Below the pieces are notes generated by a model that saw only the letters and a program-made list of their open reading frames with translations, was not told the DNA's origin and did no database searches. From positions 24,490,001 to 24,554,000 of the forward strand of contig OZ024759.1 of assembly GCA_964016885.1 (NCBI GenBank): 64,000 nucleotides of DNA, read 5' to 3'. Shown here one piece after another: positions 41,067-54,570 of this stretch; position 1 is the stretch's first letter; each line of letters starts with the position of its first letter. This DNA is from Eledone cirrhosa. Its lineage: Eukaryota. A program made the translations under genes and the position numbers.

Positions 41067-41445
41067 GGGTATGTATTTATGTATTTATGTACTCCTGCAT
41101 TTGTAAGTAAGTATGTGTCGTGTCTTGAATTATTTTACTGTGTTTAGTTATAGAGAGATCGTAATTTGGAGTACAAGCCTTAGAGATTACAGGAATGGTA
41201 AATCAAATAGTGGAACGAATTGGCGTGCAAGAATATTAAGTTACAATGAAACTGTTTGGATATTTTCATAGAATCTAGGACATAGTTTTCATATTTTTTT
41301 TTTATTTTTATTACGCAGTATAAATATTCATATATGTATTGTTTTGATAAATATTTGCTTAAATCTCAATTAGCAGACTGTTACATATATCAATGTAAGA
41401 TATGAATAGATCAACATATATTTAGACCGTCTCATAAATAATTTA

Positions 41446-41610
41446 AGGTGGCGAATTGCCAGAGCCTTTAAGATGTCGGGTTAAAAATTCCTCGGTATTT
41501 ATTCTGTCTCTTTGCGCTCTACGTTCAAATCCTGCCGAGCGTGGTCGATTTTGTCTTTTCCCCTTTGGTGATTGATAAATAAAGTCCTAGTCAAGAACTG
41601 GGGTAGATTC
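41446..41610 (+). mobile_element. Degenerate SINE family A
   Basis: AGGTGGCGAATTGCCAGAG head and GTTCAAATCCTGCCGAG. Confidence 0.65.
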
Positions 41611-41765
41611 TTCTTCTACCTATCTTTATCTTTTTCTTTCTGTCTCTCTTTCGGTGGAAGAGATCGGCTATGTTCCAGCCCGCAGAGGAATGGACTTTAC
41701 CAGGTTTAAAATGCCCAAGATTCGGTTGAAAGTTGAGGAGGAGATAAATGTTTGGTGGACGATGT

Positions 41766-41975
41766 CTATTTCTTAGCGGTTTTCTTGGTGGCCTTCTTAG
41801 CTGGCTTTTTAGCATCAGCCTTTTTGGCAAGCTTCCTAGATCTTTTCTTAGTTGCAGGTTTCTAAGCAACTTTCTTGGTTTGGGGCACATAGTGACATCT
41901 TACGAATCTCACAAACGAAGAACTGCTTTTTGGACGTCCTTAAGATCTCGTTTAGATTCGGTGGAATTTCGTTGA
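41766..41975 (-). pseudogene. Remnant encoding a Lys/Ala-rich histone-H1-tail-like peptide
   Basis: Frame reads ...TKKVA*KPATKKRSRKLAKKADAKKPAKKATKKTAKK*; in-frame stops; no globular domain found. Confidence 0.4.
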
Positions 41976-42251
41976 AGTGCCATAGATCCCTCTCACCCTA
42001 TCTGATAATATACCTTGCCACGAAATGATACAGCAAATAACTTAAAGACTAGGTTTACTGTAACGGAAGCTCTTTTACATGTTAACTGTTTTCCATAAAG
42101 TTCACCGTAAACCTTACCACGGCTTCTTTTAATATGAATCCTTCCACTCCACCAACTCTAATGACTCCATAAACGTTCACTTATACTGCGAATTTACTTC
42201 ATATACCATCTTGAAATTCTTAATAATAAACCAAATATGTCTCTCTCTTTC

Positions 42252-42340
<89 letters not shown>

Positions 42341-42425
42341 TATATATGATTGTCTAAACTCTCTGTACATCTGTATCAGTGTATGTATGCATGTATGTGA
42401 GACTGTATCTCAGTATCTGTGTGTG

Positions 42426-42498
<73 letters not shown>

Positions 42499-42504
<6 letters not shown>

Positions 42505-42960
42505 AAATAAAATAAATAAGTCAAATGATTAAAATTTGGCTTCGTTTATTACTGCTATATATATTTCGGTAAAAGCCATCTTTGGCTGTGACCTCTTCAG
42601 GCAGTCCGAATTAATGTGGTAGAGACGAGTACACATGTTGTTGAGGTGTTTAACTTAGTCAATACTCTGATATGCCCAGTTCCTGGTAGGGTTGTTATTT
42701 TACTGAGGAACTGGTACATGTGTACTCGTCTCTACCACACTAATTCGGACTGCCTGAAGAGGTCACAGCCAAAGATGGCTGTCACCGAAATATATATAGC
42801 AGTAATAAACGAAGCCAAATTTTAAACATTTGACTTATTTATTTTATTTTATTTTACATTACTCCGGAGTAACCAAACCAACCTGCGCACTTCGTCGAGT
42901 GCTGCAATCCTTCTCTTAATGCTTACCTGTGTTTTCTCTTTTATACTTTATACTCCAAGA
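42499..42960 (+). mobile_element. Fold-back HHR element family P7
   Basis: ~140-bp arms 42499-42638 / 42716-42856, 77-nt spacer, tail (may extend to ~43310). Confidence 0.85.
42749..42803 (+). ncRNA. Type I hammerhead ribozyme (twin 42551-42605, minus)
   Basis: ACUGC-CUGAAGA-GGUcACAGCCA(aaga)UGGCUGUcACC-GAAA-UAUAUA-UA-GCAGU. Confidence 0.88.
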
Positions 42961-43955
42961 TTGAATGGAATTCTTACAAACTTGTGGAGTTACCCCTAAC
43001 CGTACGTTGAAACCATCCATGAAACTGGCTTTCTTAACCAAGAACTGGATCACAATAAGCAATTTTTTGCTTCTCTAACTATATTCATTTCATTTATTGA
43101 TTTATTGATAATTTATCTGAGTGTCCCGAATCTTCCATATCGAACTTATCGGTTATTTGGTTGATTGTAGACATATTCTGCGTGTGACGGTATTTAACGA
43201 TAGTTATAGCTCTAATTTATTTGAATTATAGAGCCCTCTGCCGCTCATCTCGAATTTTGTTTATCGTGAACTCGTGCGCCGATTTTTCGATACTCGATTA
43301 TTCTACTATATATATATATATATGAGGGTGTTAAAGTTTGCTTGAAGCATTGTGAAATGTGTAAAATATGTAGTTTAGAAAGCCACAACATATATGCATA
43401 TATGTGTATGGGGTTTCACTAGCTAGTCAGGTACGTGTGTGTGTATGTGAAGGTGTGTGTGTGTTTTCGTTTGTATCTTTGTATCAATCTATCTATATAT
43501 CACAGGATCTGTATATATATATATATAATATATATGCATGTATGTGTATGGAGTTTCACTAGCTAGTCAGGTACGTGTGTGTGTAGGTGTGAGTGTGTCT
43601 TCGTTTGTATCTATGTATATATATATATATATATACATATATGTTTATGCGTGTCTGTAAATGTATATATCTCTGAATCTGTATATGTATGCATGTGTAT
43701 ATATGCATATGGATGTATGTATATGTACAGGGGTCTCTGTAGCCAGCCATTTATGTGCATGAATGTGCCCCTAGTGAATAATATACCAGAAATAACCTGC
43801 GCTTTTACAGCAGGCGTATAACATATATTTTCGTACATGTAATCATTAATTAATTAATATTTCTTGAGTGATTTACGTTATAATCTGTGAAAGGTAATTA
43901 ATAATTCTACACCGGCAGAATAATTATTATACACACACTCATATACATATATATG

Positions 43956-44035
<80 letters not shown>

Positions 44036-44039
44036 TCTC

Positions 44040-44070
<31 letters not shown>

Positions 44071-44238
44071 CTCTCTCTCGTTTGTAGAGTGCTGGTGTGT
44101 AGTATTTGTGTTGTACGCATTATGATTTGGTGTGTAGATGTGTCTGTGTACGCATGCGTATACGAATGATGTACATGCATTGTTTTCTGCAGTATATGTA
44201 GTATGTGTGTGTGTGATGTTTCTGTATAGTGTATATAC

Positions 44239-44269
<31 letters not shown>

Positions 44270-44385
44270 ATGTTTCTGTAGTGCCTTTATAGTGTATATG
44301 TGTGTGTGTTGGATATTTCTATAGTGTGTTTATAGTATATACATATATGTGTGTGTGCATGATATTTCTATAGTGTGTTTATAGC

Positions 44386-44421
<36 letters not shown>

Positions 44422-44636
44422 TTATGATGTGTCTGTCATATGTTTATAGTACATATGTATGTGTGTGATGCTTCTTTAGTGTGTATATAGTGTGTGTGTG
44501 TGTTATAGATAATGTTACATATAGAATTATCAAGTGCATTTTGTTAATTAGATTTTAATTAAGTCGTAAATAATAATGACAACAGCAACAGCAACAACAA
44601 CAATGAAAATATAATAAACTATAACACCAAGAACGT

Positions 44637-44680
<44 letters not shown>

Positions 44681-44744
44681 AGAGTCTCAACAGTAAAGAC
44701 AAAGAATTTATAATTGTACACACATATATGTATGTATGTATGCA

Positions 44745-45517
44745 TGCTTCTCTTTCTCTTAATTTCGAGTACATTTTGACCGGCCACCTTCGCGGTGGCA
44801 AGGTTGTAATAGAAAAGAAATTGTTATCCCTTGAATCGCAAGAATGTTTTGCAAATTTTGAAGGTGCCAGCTATCGTGGCCATTTGTAGTCTATGAATTA
44901 GGAAACTGTGCTCTTTCTCCACAAATCCAAAGTCTTACTCTGCTCCAAGCGGGCTGGTATATAACCTGTAGCTCCAATAATGATTTCATTTATTGGCCAC
45001 AAGGGCCGACATATAGGGACAATACAAAAGACTGGGACGGTGGGGTTTTACAGAAAAATCGAGTAAACAATATGAATAACAATAACAAAGTAACAAGAAA
45101 ATTACAACAAGAAAATTACAACAAGAAAAAGATTCCCCAATAAGGGGGATGACCACCCAGGGTTCGCTCAGGTACCCCACCAATCCTGAATGACCTGACG
45201 CTTCGAGAGCACCCTGGAAGGGCACCCCTCTCCTCCTCAAATTTGCCTACCTACAGCCGCATGACCAGAGTAGGCCCACGCACACGGGCCATTCTCGCCA
45301 CATTCCCCCACCTTTCAGCAAATGTACTGGGGGAGGGGGGGGAAGCACTTCTCTCTCCACCCTCAGCTTCCGTTCCAATGTAGCTCCAATAATAATGGCT
45401 ATACAGCTGAAACTGTATCTTGGATACTGGATCTGCAAACTCCTCATCAGTGGTCCATAGATGTCTTCCTTCTCCTGTATTTTTCTTACAACGTTGACAT
45501 CAAGAGGGCAACTGATC
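44745..45517 (-). mobile_element. 3' end of an RLE-type non-LTR retrotransposon (R4/NeSL-like), interrupted
   Basis: ISCPLDVNVVRKIQEKEDIYGPLMRSLQIQYPRYSFSCIAIIIGAT continues past the insertion as IIIGATGYIPARLEQ...LIHRLQMATIAGTFKICKTFLRF. Confidence 0.8.
44982..45378 (-). mobile_element. 5'-truncated L1/Tx1-like LINE insertion with 15-bp TSD
   Basis: TSD TGTAGCTCCAATAAT at 44967-44981 and 45379-45393; ORF end LERKLRVEREVL..STFAERWGNVARMARVRGPTLVMRL*; AATAAA near the 3' end. Confidence 0.75.
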
Positions 45518-45540
45518 TTTATGTATGTATGTATGTATGA

Positions 45541-45635
<95 letters not shown>

Positions 45636-45854
45636 TGTGTGTGTGTGAGAGAGAGAGAGAGTGTTTGTGTGTGAGAGAGAGAGAGAGTGTGTGTGTGTGT
45701 GTGTGTGTGCGTGTGCGTGTATGTAATTGCTTGAGCAAATCTGGTCTCAGGAACCAGAATCGCAGCCATGTTCAGAGAGAACCAGTGAACTATGATCTCC
45801 ACAGTATTGTGAAGGTTCACAGGCAGCCTGATGCAAGACCTCAGGCCAGGGAAA

Positions 45855-45932
45855 TCCATAGTTATCGTCAATGTGCGAAGGAATGAAAGTCTCTAGCAGG
45901 CTTGAAAAGCCACATCCGATCGTCACACATCT
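45855..45932 (+). mobile_element. Degenerate C2H2-finger-coding remnant, probably LINE-derived
   Basis: HSYRQCAKE*KSLAGLKSHIRSSH. Confidence 0.4.
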
Positions 45933-46031
45933 GACTCTGACAAGCGAATGTAATAATCTCAGCGTGTGTTTGCAGGCATTATGTGTGCATACGAATGTAT
46001 GCTTTGCTTTTATTTTCTTAAACATTCTCAG

Positions 46032-46098
<67 letters not shown>

Positions 46099-46215
46099 GA
46101 GGGAAGGAGAATGTGAGAGAGCCGGTTTCTAACGCAGGAACAAGACTTATTGTAATTTAGATAACATCAACTAGTTAACTATATATATATATATATATGT
46201 ATGTATATATGTATG

Positions 46216-46252
<37 letters not shown>

Positions 46253-46305
46253 GTATATATGTATATACATATATATATGTATATATATATATGTATATAT
46301 ATATG

Positions 46306-46350
<45 letters not shown>

Positions 46351-46366
46351 GTATATATGTATATAC

Positions 46367-46407
<41 letters not shown>

Positions 46408-46420
46408 CATATATATGTAT

Positions 46421-46463
<43 letters not shown>

Positions 46464-46570
46464 TATATACATATATATATACATATATATATATACATAT
46501 GTGTGTATACATATATATATATACATATATATATATAGATATACATATATATACACATATATATATATAG

Positions 46571-46631
<61 letters not shown>

Positions 46632-46703
46632 GATATACATATATATATATGCATATGTATATATATATATATATATAGAGAGATATACATATATATATGT
46701 ATA

Positions 46704-46757
<54 letters not shown>

Positions 46758-46779
46758 TATACATATATATATGTATATG

Positions 46780-46815
<36 letters not shown>

Positions 46816-46822
46816 TATACAT

Positions 46823-46881
<59 letters not shown>

Positions 46882-47251
46882 AACACCATTATTGTGTTGT
46901 CCTCTGGTACCGTGTTTCTCGTTTTTTTTTTTACATATATACCACTGTTTCTCTAACTCATAGAATGTATATATGTGTGATTGTGTGTATGTATGTATGT
47001 ACATAATACTATTTAGAATATTAAAACATGGAAACGCTTTCTTACCATCTGCAGAAAGTCATTTAGTAATTTTGGGTTGTCTCCCCCACCGAGTTGCTAT
47101 GATGTTGTTAGGGTGACAGAAATTGATGTGTCCTCTCGTATCCACCCCACATCTGGGCTACACAAGACAGACACATATATATAAGGCTGAATTACATACA
47201 GCTACTTGTAAAGACATACACAGTCATGTAAGTACACGGACATATACATAC

Positions 47252-47287
<36 letters not shown>

Positions 47288-47365
47288 TAAAACATGTCTA
47301 TAGAATCACCAGATAAAATATATACCATTTCCTCTCCCAAAAATAAAAACTGAAAAAGGTTATAT

Positions 47366-47440
47366 GTGCCTCTTGGCCAGGATTGAACCCAAAGCCAGGA
47401 TCTCTACCATCTCTTGTACCTACCTCTAGGCCACAGAGAC
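47366..47440 (-). pseudogene. tRNA-like pol III head (SINE head or tRNA pseudogene)
   Basis: Minus-strand A-box TGGCCTAGAGG and B-box GGTTCAATCC; GTCTCT/AGAGGC acceptor-like pairing; anticodon arm not canonical. Confidence 0.45.
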
Positions 47441-47771
47441 AACTACGAAAGTCTTATGAAAATTCATACTTATAAACCTACTTTCAAAATTTTCAAAACA
47501 AAGTGTTGCGGTGTCGTTCATGTCTTTCTTAATGTTATTGCTCCTACTTAAGGTCGACTTCTAAATCATTTGGGTGTTCTATAAACTACATCCTCGTTTT
47601 GTTTCATATCTATCGAGACTATATTTTAACCTGTAATCCATTATTCATTTCTGTTGCACCTCAATTCTACTCTCTCTATCACTGTGATATTTGAATCTAC
47701 TTTGATTTGGGCTTACCTTACTATATATATGTTTTTGCATGTCAGTTAGATTCAAACTTACAATTATTGAC

Positions 47772-47861
<90 letters not shown>

Positions 47862-48049
47862 TAGAGAGTGGCGGACTAGGTCCAAAATTATTGGTTGTCA
47901 GATGAAGGGACCGGCCTACATATAGAATGCTATCATTTAATTTTTATAATTATATTTTCGTATATATGGGAATAGCTTTATTTGTATACATGCTTTGCTG
48001 ATGACACGATTGGTTACTTTCCAGTTTCAAATTATATATACATACATAA

Positions 48050-48139
<90 letters not shown>

Positions 48140-48141
<2 letters not shown>

Positions 48142-48350
48142 CGAAGGAAATGTGGTAAGGAACCAGGTGGACCATAACGCACCAAAGTACTCGATACTTG
48201 AGGTAGTAGAGTGGGTAATAGGAACCAGTAAGACCCCGACAGCTGAGCTCAAGCCGTTTCGACGGCTAATTCTGGACAGAATTAGCCGTCGAAACGTCCA
48301 GAATTAGCCGTCGAAACGGCTTGAGCTCAGCTGTCGGGGTCTTACTGGTT

Positions 48351-48354
<4 letters not shown>
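48140..48354 (-). mobile_element. Fold-back P1 element with duplicated junction
   Basis: AGAATTAGCCGTCGAAACG is repeated twice at the fold. Confidence 0.85.
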
Positions 48355-48387
<33 letters not shown>

Positions 48388-48689
48388 CGTTTCTGAATTT
48401 GTTTAGCAAGATTCTTTATCTGAAAACGTGTGTTGAAACCGATATTGTTATGTTTTTATGATATTATTGCTGAAGAGGTCACAGAATGTGTGACGAAAGA
48501 ACTTTGACAATATATGAACAATCGTCTGGTTGTGGAACCAACCAACCAACCAACCGGAAATTTATAAATTCCTAAATTTATAAATTTAATTTATAATAAA
48601 TTGAAGTGAAAGCAACTGGTGCGTGTGTTTCTTATTGGCAACATCACCCTCCCAAAGCATAACAATATATATATATATATATATATTAG

Positions 48690-48940
48690 AAACTGAGGTT
48701 TTTTTTAGAAAATGAAAAATAACCGAGGTGTCCTACACGAGTGAAAGTATAAAGAAAAAGAGATGAAATCGAAAATGCAACTGGAGTCTTATTTTTAAAA
48801 AAATATATATATTTATTTGGTTCCTTTACTTTTGAAAAGCAGAAGAACTGCGAAACCGGTAAAGGAACTAAATAAATATATATATTTAAAAAAAAAATAA
48901 GACTCCAGTTGCATTTTCGATTTCATCTCTTTTTCTTTAT
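48690..48940. mobile_element. Fold-back P11 element with a U3-A8 HHR core at 48832-48861
   Basis: ~80-bp arms 48748-48829 / 48859-48940; HHR sequence identical to 7690-7728. Confidence 0.8.
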
Positions 48941-49152
48941 ATATATATATATATAATCTTTCCTGAGTCCTGTATTTTCGTTGCTCTAGTGATGCGGCTG
49001 GACTGCCGATCGCTATATTTGATTTGCTAAGCTGTCTAAACGTATTGTTATTACTCTGGGGTACTTTTCCCCATCCGAGTGCTAAAGCTACAGACCAAAT
49101 TTGCATTCGTTAGCTTGGTCGCGAACTAAAGCTCCGTTAATGCTATACTAAA

Positions 49153-49258
<106 letters not shown>

Positions 49259-49782
49259 TGTTTGTGTGTGTGTGTATGTCTGTGTGTGCCGAAGTTAAGA
49301 TGAAATCGCTTGAGCTCGCGGTCGAATCTCCACCTCATTAATATATGTGTGTGTGTGTGTGTGTGTCTCTCTCTGTGTGTGTGTCACTCTCTGTGGTAGG
49401 GTAAGAAGGGGTTAGCATGAAGAATGATGTGAAAACAACATGAATGACAGACTAAAACGAACAGAGGATTCAATGAAACGGTGGTGGCGGTGGTGGTGGT
49501 GGTGGTGGTGGTAAGGAAGAGAAAAGTAAGGCATAGTGGATTGAATGTGAGAAAGGAGTGAGAGAGGGAAGTTGAAGAACGAAAGAATAAGAATAAGGAG
49601 AATAAGAGGATTTATAATAAGAAGGAGAAACGAGATAAGTAGGGGAGAAAACCCCAAATACTGAAAACGGCAAGAACCGAGTCAAGAGAACTTGTAGATT
49701 AACAGAAAAAAATAATGTATATACACATATATACACCCATCTCTCTCTCTCTATATATATATATATTTATATATATATATAC

Positions 49783-49876
<94 letters not shown>

Positions 49877-49929
49877 AATGTATATACGTATATCAAATAT
49901 ATACATATATGTATATATATGTATCTCTC

Positions 49930-50028
<99 letters not shown>

Positions 50029-50185
50029 AAAAATTGAACGGGAACAAAACAGAGAGGCAGTACGAACAAAGGTTTATTAGTTTCACGCTCTTGAGAGTGG
50101 GGTATATATATATATAGAGAGAGAGAGACAGAGAGATACATATATCTATATATATATACACACATACACCTGTACATGTACATAC

Positions 50186-50305
50186 GCAGGAGATGGATCT
50201 TCTCCTACACCGGATATGAAATAAACCTGGATAAGATCTCGCCGTTTGTGGCCCCGTGCTGTGTTTTACATCGAAACTGTCTTCGTTCGCACTTAAGCGT
50301 GCCAT
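50186..50305 (-). CDS. Candidate first coding exon of an unknown gene (40 aa)
   Basis: ACTATGG start context; open frame [40 protein letters not shown] followed by a GTATGT donor; no homology recognised. Confidence 0.25.
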
Positions 50306-50390
50306 AGTTGGTCGTGGAAACTTGGTTGTTAAAGCCCTGACAGAGGTTTCACACTCTCTCGCTCTCTCTCTCTTGGTGTCTCCTCTCTCA

Positions 50391-50423
<33 letters not shown>

Positions 50424-51418
50424 ATTCTCTTTCACTCCTCTCACTCTCTCTCTCTCTCGCCCTCTCTTTTTTATTCACCCTCTCATTCCCTGTTTCTCCA
50501 TTCCCACCAATAACAGTCTAAGTCTTGGGAAAGTCATTTCGCAGCAAGCCTTTATTTATCCTTCTACTCTCTCCCTCTCACCCCCTCTCTCTCTTCTTCC
50601 GTCTGTTCCTCTCTCTCTCTCTCTCTCTCTCTCACAGTCAAATACTACACTGATTCCATACTCTTTCTCCATCTCTATCTATCTTCCTCACACACACATG
50701 CACACACACACTCTCTCTCTCTCTCTCTCTCTCTTTATGTCCCTCTCTTTTCTCCTCCTCTCTCTTCCACTCTCTCTTATGAACACAAATTCTCTTTCTT
50801 TACCTCTTCCCTCTCCCTCATACGCACATAAACTTTCTTCCTCTCTCATACACCACCAAACCCTCCGCTCTCTTCTCCCCCCTCTCTCAAATGCACATAC
50901 ACTCTCTTCCTCTTTTCCTCTTTCTTCCCCTCTCTCTCATACACATACAAAGTCTCTACCTCTCTTCTCTCTAGTTTCTCTCTTCCCTAAACCATCTCTC
51001 TCTTCCATCCTCTCTCTTATATACATACAAACCCTTCCTACCCTCTCTTGGCCCCACCCTCATTCTATCTCTCTCTCTCTCTCTCTCACTCACTCTCTCT
51101 ATCTATCTCCTTCTCTCTCTTCCTCCCTCACTCTCTCACCCTCTCTCTCTCCCTCCCACTCTCTCTCTCTCCCCCTCTCTCTCTTTCTCTCTCACATCAT
51201 CATTATCTGCTGTGTTGTTTTATGTATTTAACTGGACTGAAGTTTCTTGTGTTAAACATTCAAATACATTTTTCCCCAGAGAGCCGAACTTCTAAGGAAA
51301 CTTACAAAAACTATTAAAATCTATAATAACAACTTGCTTGTTTGGGGATGGTTTTGTTGTTGTTGTAGGTTTGGTTTCTCTTCTTTTTTTCTTTTTTTTT
51401 TGTTCCTTTTACTCAGTA

Positions 51419-51727
51419 GAAAGGCATGCTGTTTTAAAGGAAATGGAGCCATGATGTGCTGTGATGTTCATGCTTTGTCCGTCGTATGAGAGTAATAATA
51501 GCGTAACTCTTTAGTGGCCATCGTTTTAACGAAAGGCATGCTGTTTTAAAGGAAATGGAGACATGATGTGCTGTGATGTTCATGCTTTGCCCGTCGTATG
51601 AGAGTAATAATAGCGTAACTCTTTAGTGGCCATCGTTTTAACGAAAGGCATGCTGTTTTAAAGGAAATGGAACCATGATGTGCTGTGATGTTCATGCTTT
51701 GCCCGTCGTATAAGAGTAATAATAGCA
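51419..51727. repeat. 112-bp tandem repeat, ~2.7 copies
   Basis: Unit starts GAAAGGCATGCTGTTTTAAAGG at 51419, 51531 and 51643. Confidence 0.95.
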
Positions 51728-51784
51728 TAATCAAGAATTTGGAAGGATTTAGTTAAGTAACTTCCTTTATTAATAAGCTGGTAT

Positions 51785-52922
51785 GAGGACAGTGAACTGG
51801 TAGTATCGGTAGAGCGTCGGACAACATGTTTTGTGGCATTTAGTTACCGTTCTTTATGTTCTGAGTTCTAGTCTCTCCAAAGTTGGCCATGCCTTTCATC
51901 CTTACGGGGTCGATAGAATAAAGTACCAGTCACGCACTGGGGTAATTTAATCGACTTTCCCATCCTCTAAAATTGTTGGCCTTGTGCCTAAATCAGAAAC
52001 CATTATTAAGGGCGGTGAATTGGCAGTATCGGTAGAGGGTTGGACGCCATGCTTTGACGCATGGAGTTACGGCCCTTGCCATTCTGAGTTCAAATCCCGC
52101 CGAGGTTAACTTTGCCTTTCATCCTTACGGGGTCGATAAAATAAAGTACCAGTAATGTACTGGGTAATTGCTGGCCTTGTGCCAAAAGTAGAAACAATTA
52201 TTAAGCTGCTGTGAGGACAGTGAATTGGTAGACTCATTAGAAGGTTGGACAAAATGTTTTGTGGCATTTTGTTTCAGCTCTTTATGTTCTGAGTTCGAAT
52301 CCCACCGAAGTTAACTTTGCCTTTCATCCTTTCTGGGTCTTCATAATTGACTATTCCTCTTCCCCCAAAAGTATTGGCCTTGTACCTAAATCAGAAATTG
52401 GCAGTATCAGTAGAGGGTCGTACGCCATGCTTTGCAGCATAGAGTTACAGCCCTTTACTGTATGAGTTCAAATCCCGCCGAGGTTAACTTTGCCTTTCAT
52501 CCTTTCTGGGTCTTCATAATTGACTATTCCTCTTCCCCCAAAAGTATTGGCCTTGTACCTAAATCAGAAATTGGCAGTATCAGTAGAGGGCCGTACGCCA
52601 TGCTTTGCAGCATAGAGTTACAGCCCTTTACTGTATGAGTTCAAATCCCGCCGAGGTTAACTTTGCCTTTCATCCTTTCTGGGTCTTCATAATTGACTAT
52701 TCCTCTTCCCCCAAAAGTATTGGCCTTGTACCTAAATCAGAAATTGGCAGTATTAGTAGAGGGTCGTACGCCATGCTTTGCAGCATAGAGTTACAGCCCT
52801 TTACTGTCTGAGTTCAAATCCTGCCGAGGTTAACTTTGCCTTTCATCCTTACGAGGTCGATAAAAATAAAGTACCAGTAATGCACTGGGACAATTGCTGG
52901 CCTTGTGCCAAAAGTAGAAATA
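51785..52922 (+). mobile_element. Tandem array of six SINE family A units, including a 173-bp amplified unit
   Basis: Six B-box-containing heads; period 173 from ~52290 to ~52850. Confidence 0.92.
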
Positions 52923-53842
52923 AAATGTTGATGGAGGGTTTTACATGGTGGCAGCGGCGTTGGTTGTGGTGGTGGTGAACATAACAATAGTGAATCTGGA
53001 GTTAACAGTTTTCATGAGTTGTCGGATTTTAGTGTGTGTGTGTGTGTGTGTGTGCTGAATAAGCACTCAATACTAGTGGGTAGGGTGTAGAATGTAGAAA
53101 TGTTACTTGGAATATCAGTAGTGACAACAACATCAACAACATCAACAACAACAACTGCAACGACAGCAACAGAAGGGGTAGAAGGTGGTGGGTGAGATGT
53201 GAGTGGGGGGGGGGGGGGAAGGGGGAGATGTTGAGCAGAAGACAATAAAAGAACTACAGAGTGTTTACACAACTGTTGATGTGATCGTCTTTGAATGCTG
53301 TTGCTGTGGTGGTGGTGGTTGTGGGGGGGGGGGGGGGGTGATGGCGTTTGTGATGCTGATTGTTACAGTAGTTGTGATGGTGGTGGTGGTGGTGATGGTG
53401 GTGGTAGTGGTGATGGTGGTGGTGGTGGTGATGGTGGTGGTGGTGGTGATAGTGGTGGTGGTGTTTGTGATGGTTGTGGTGGTGGACGTTATGGTGGTAG
53501 TATGGTAGTGGTATTGTTTGTGATGGTGGTGGTGGTAGCGGTGGTGGTGGTGGTGGTGGTGGTGGGATTGGTGCTGGTGATGGTGATGCTGTTTGTGATG
53601 GTTGTGATGGTGGTGGTGGCGGTGGGTTTGGTGGTAGTGGTGGTGATGATGCTGTTGGCGCTGGTGATGGTGATGGTGTTTGTGATGGTTGTGATGTTGA
53701 TTGTTGCAGTAGTTGTGCTGGTGATGGCGGTGGTGCTGGCACTGATTGTATTTATTTATGACTTTTCTCGTGGCAATATATATTTTTTCACGCTTTTTAA
53801 CACTAAATTATTAATAACAATATACAGTATTTGCCGGTTTAT

Positions 53843-53965
53843 CTTTTACGTTATGTTTTGACATTAATAGGTATGTTTATGGATCACGTCCAATATTCGC
53901 GGTTTTTCCATCTTCGCGGGTGCTCTAAGAACGTAACCTTCACGAATACCGGGGTACAATTGTAT
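53843..53965 (+). mobile_element. pogo/Tigger-like transposon end fragment
   Basis: Homologous to 4352-4478. Confidence 0.55.
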
Positions 53966-54039
53966 ATAATTTTTTAATCAAATATTTCAAATTTCATTTT
54001 ATTCTTTTTGCCTCTTTGAGAATTGTATGGTGACCCTGT

Positions 54040-54175
54040 TGTGATGGGACAATTAGGCGAGGAAATGTTGACACCGAGCACGCCATGCTGTTTCCTTGTC
54101 AGCCCGCCTTGAACAACGTCATTAGAAGACCCTTATTGCGGCCGGTTTCCCATCACAACTGGAGCCTGCTAGCCC
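54040..54175 (+). mobile_element. Possible CRE-like non-LTR RLE-domain remnant
   Basis: With one frameshift reads ALNNVIRR.LIAAGFPSQLEP, similar to the RH..LND.I.RAL..AG.PS.LEP motif. Confidence 0.45.
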
Positions 54176-54249
54176 GAACTGTTTGATGCTGAAGATGGCA
54201 CCGAACATTAGTCAATACGCATAGAAGATGAAGAAGTCAGAGCTGTAGA

Positions 54250-54552
54250 AGCGCTTCCCAAAAGTCAGCTCGAAAGTGACACAAAGGAGACTGAAGTTAG
54301 CTGGACAGGTTCACCGAAATTCAGAGCTGACACTGCACTCGGTGGTCCTGTGGGAGACCCTATACGGACTCACTGGAAGAAGGAGACCGACGATGATACG
54401 TGTTGATGTCCTGAGAACAGATACAGATCTCGGGAGACGTGGGACATGGTGGCGATGTTGAAGGACAGAGGCCGCTGAAGGACAGAGGCCGCTGAAGGAC
54501 AGAGGCCGCTGAAGAGAACTCGTCCATGGATCTCGGGAATTTTAACCACCCA
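54250..54552 (+). mobile_element. RTE-like LINE 3' remnant with a 17-bp triplication
   Basis: LPKVSSKVTQRRLKLAGQVHRNSELTLHSVVLWE...GRRRPT..VDVLRTDT; GAAGGACAGAGGCCGCT x3. Confidence 0.8.
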
Positions 54553-54570
54553 ATATATATATATATATAT

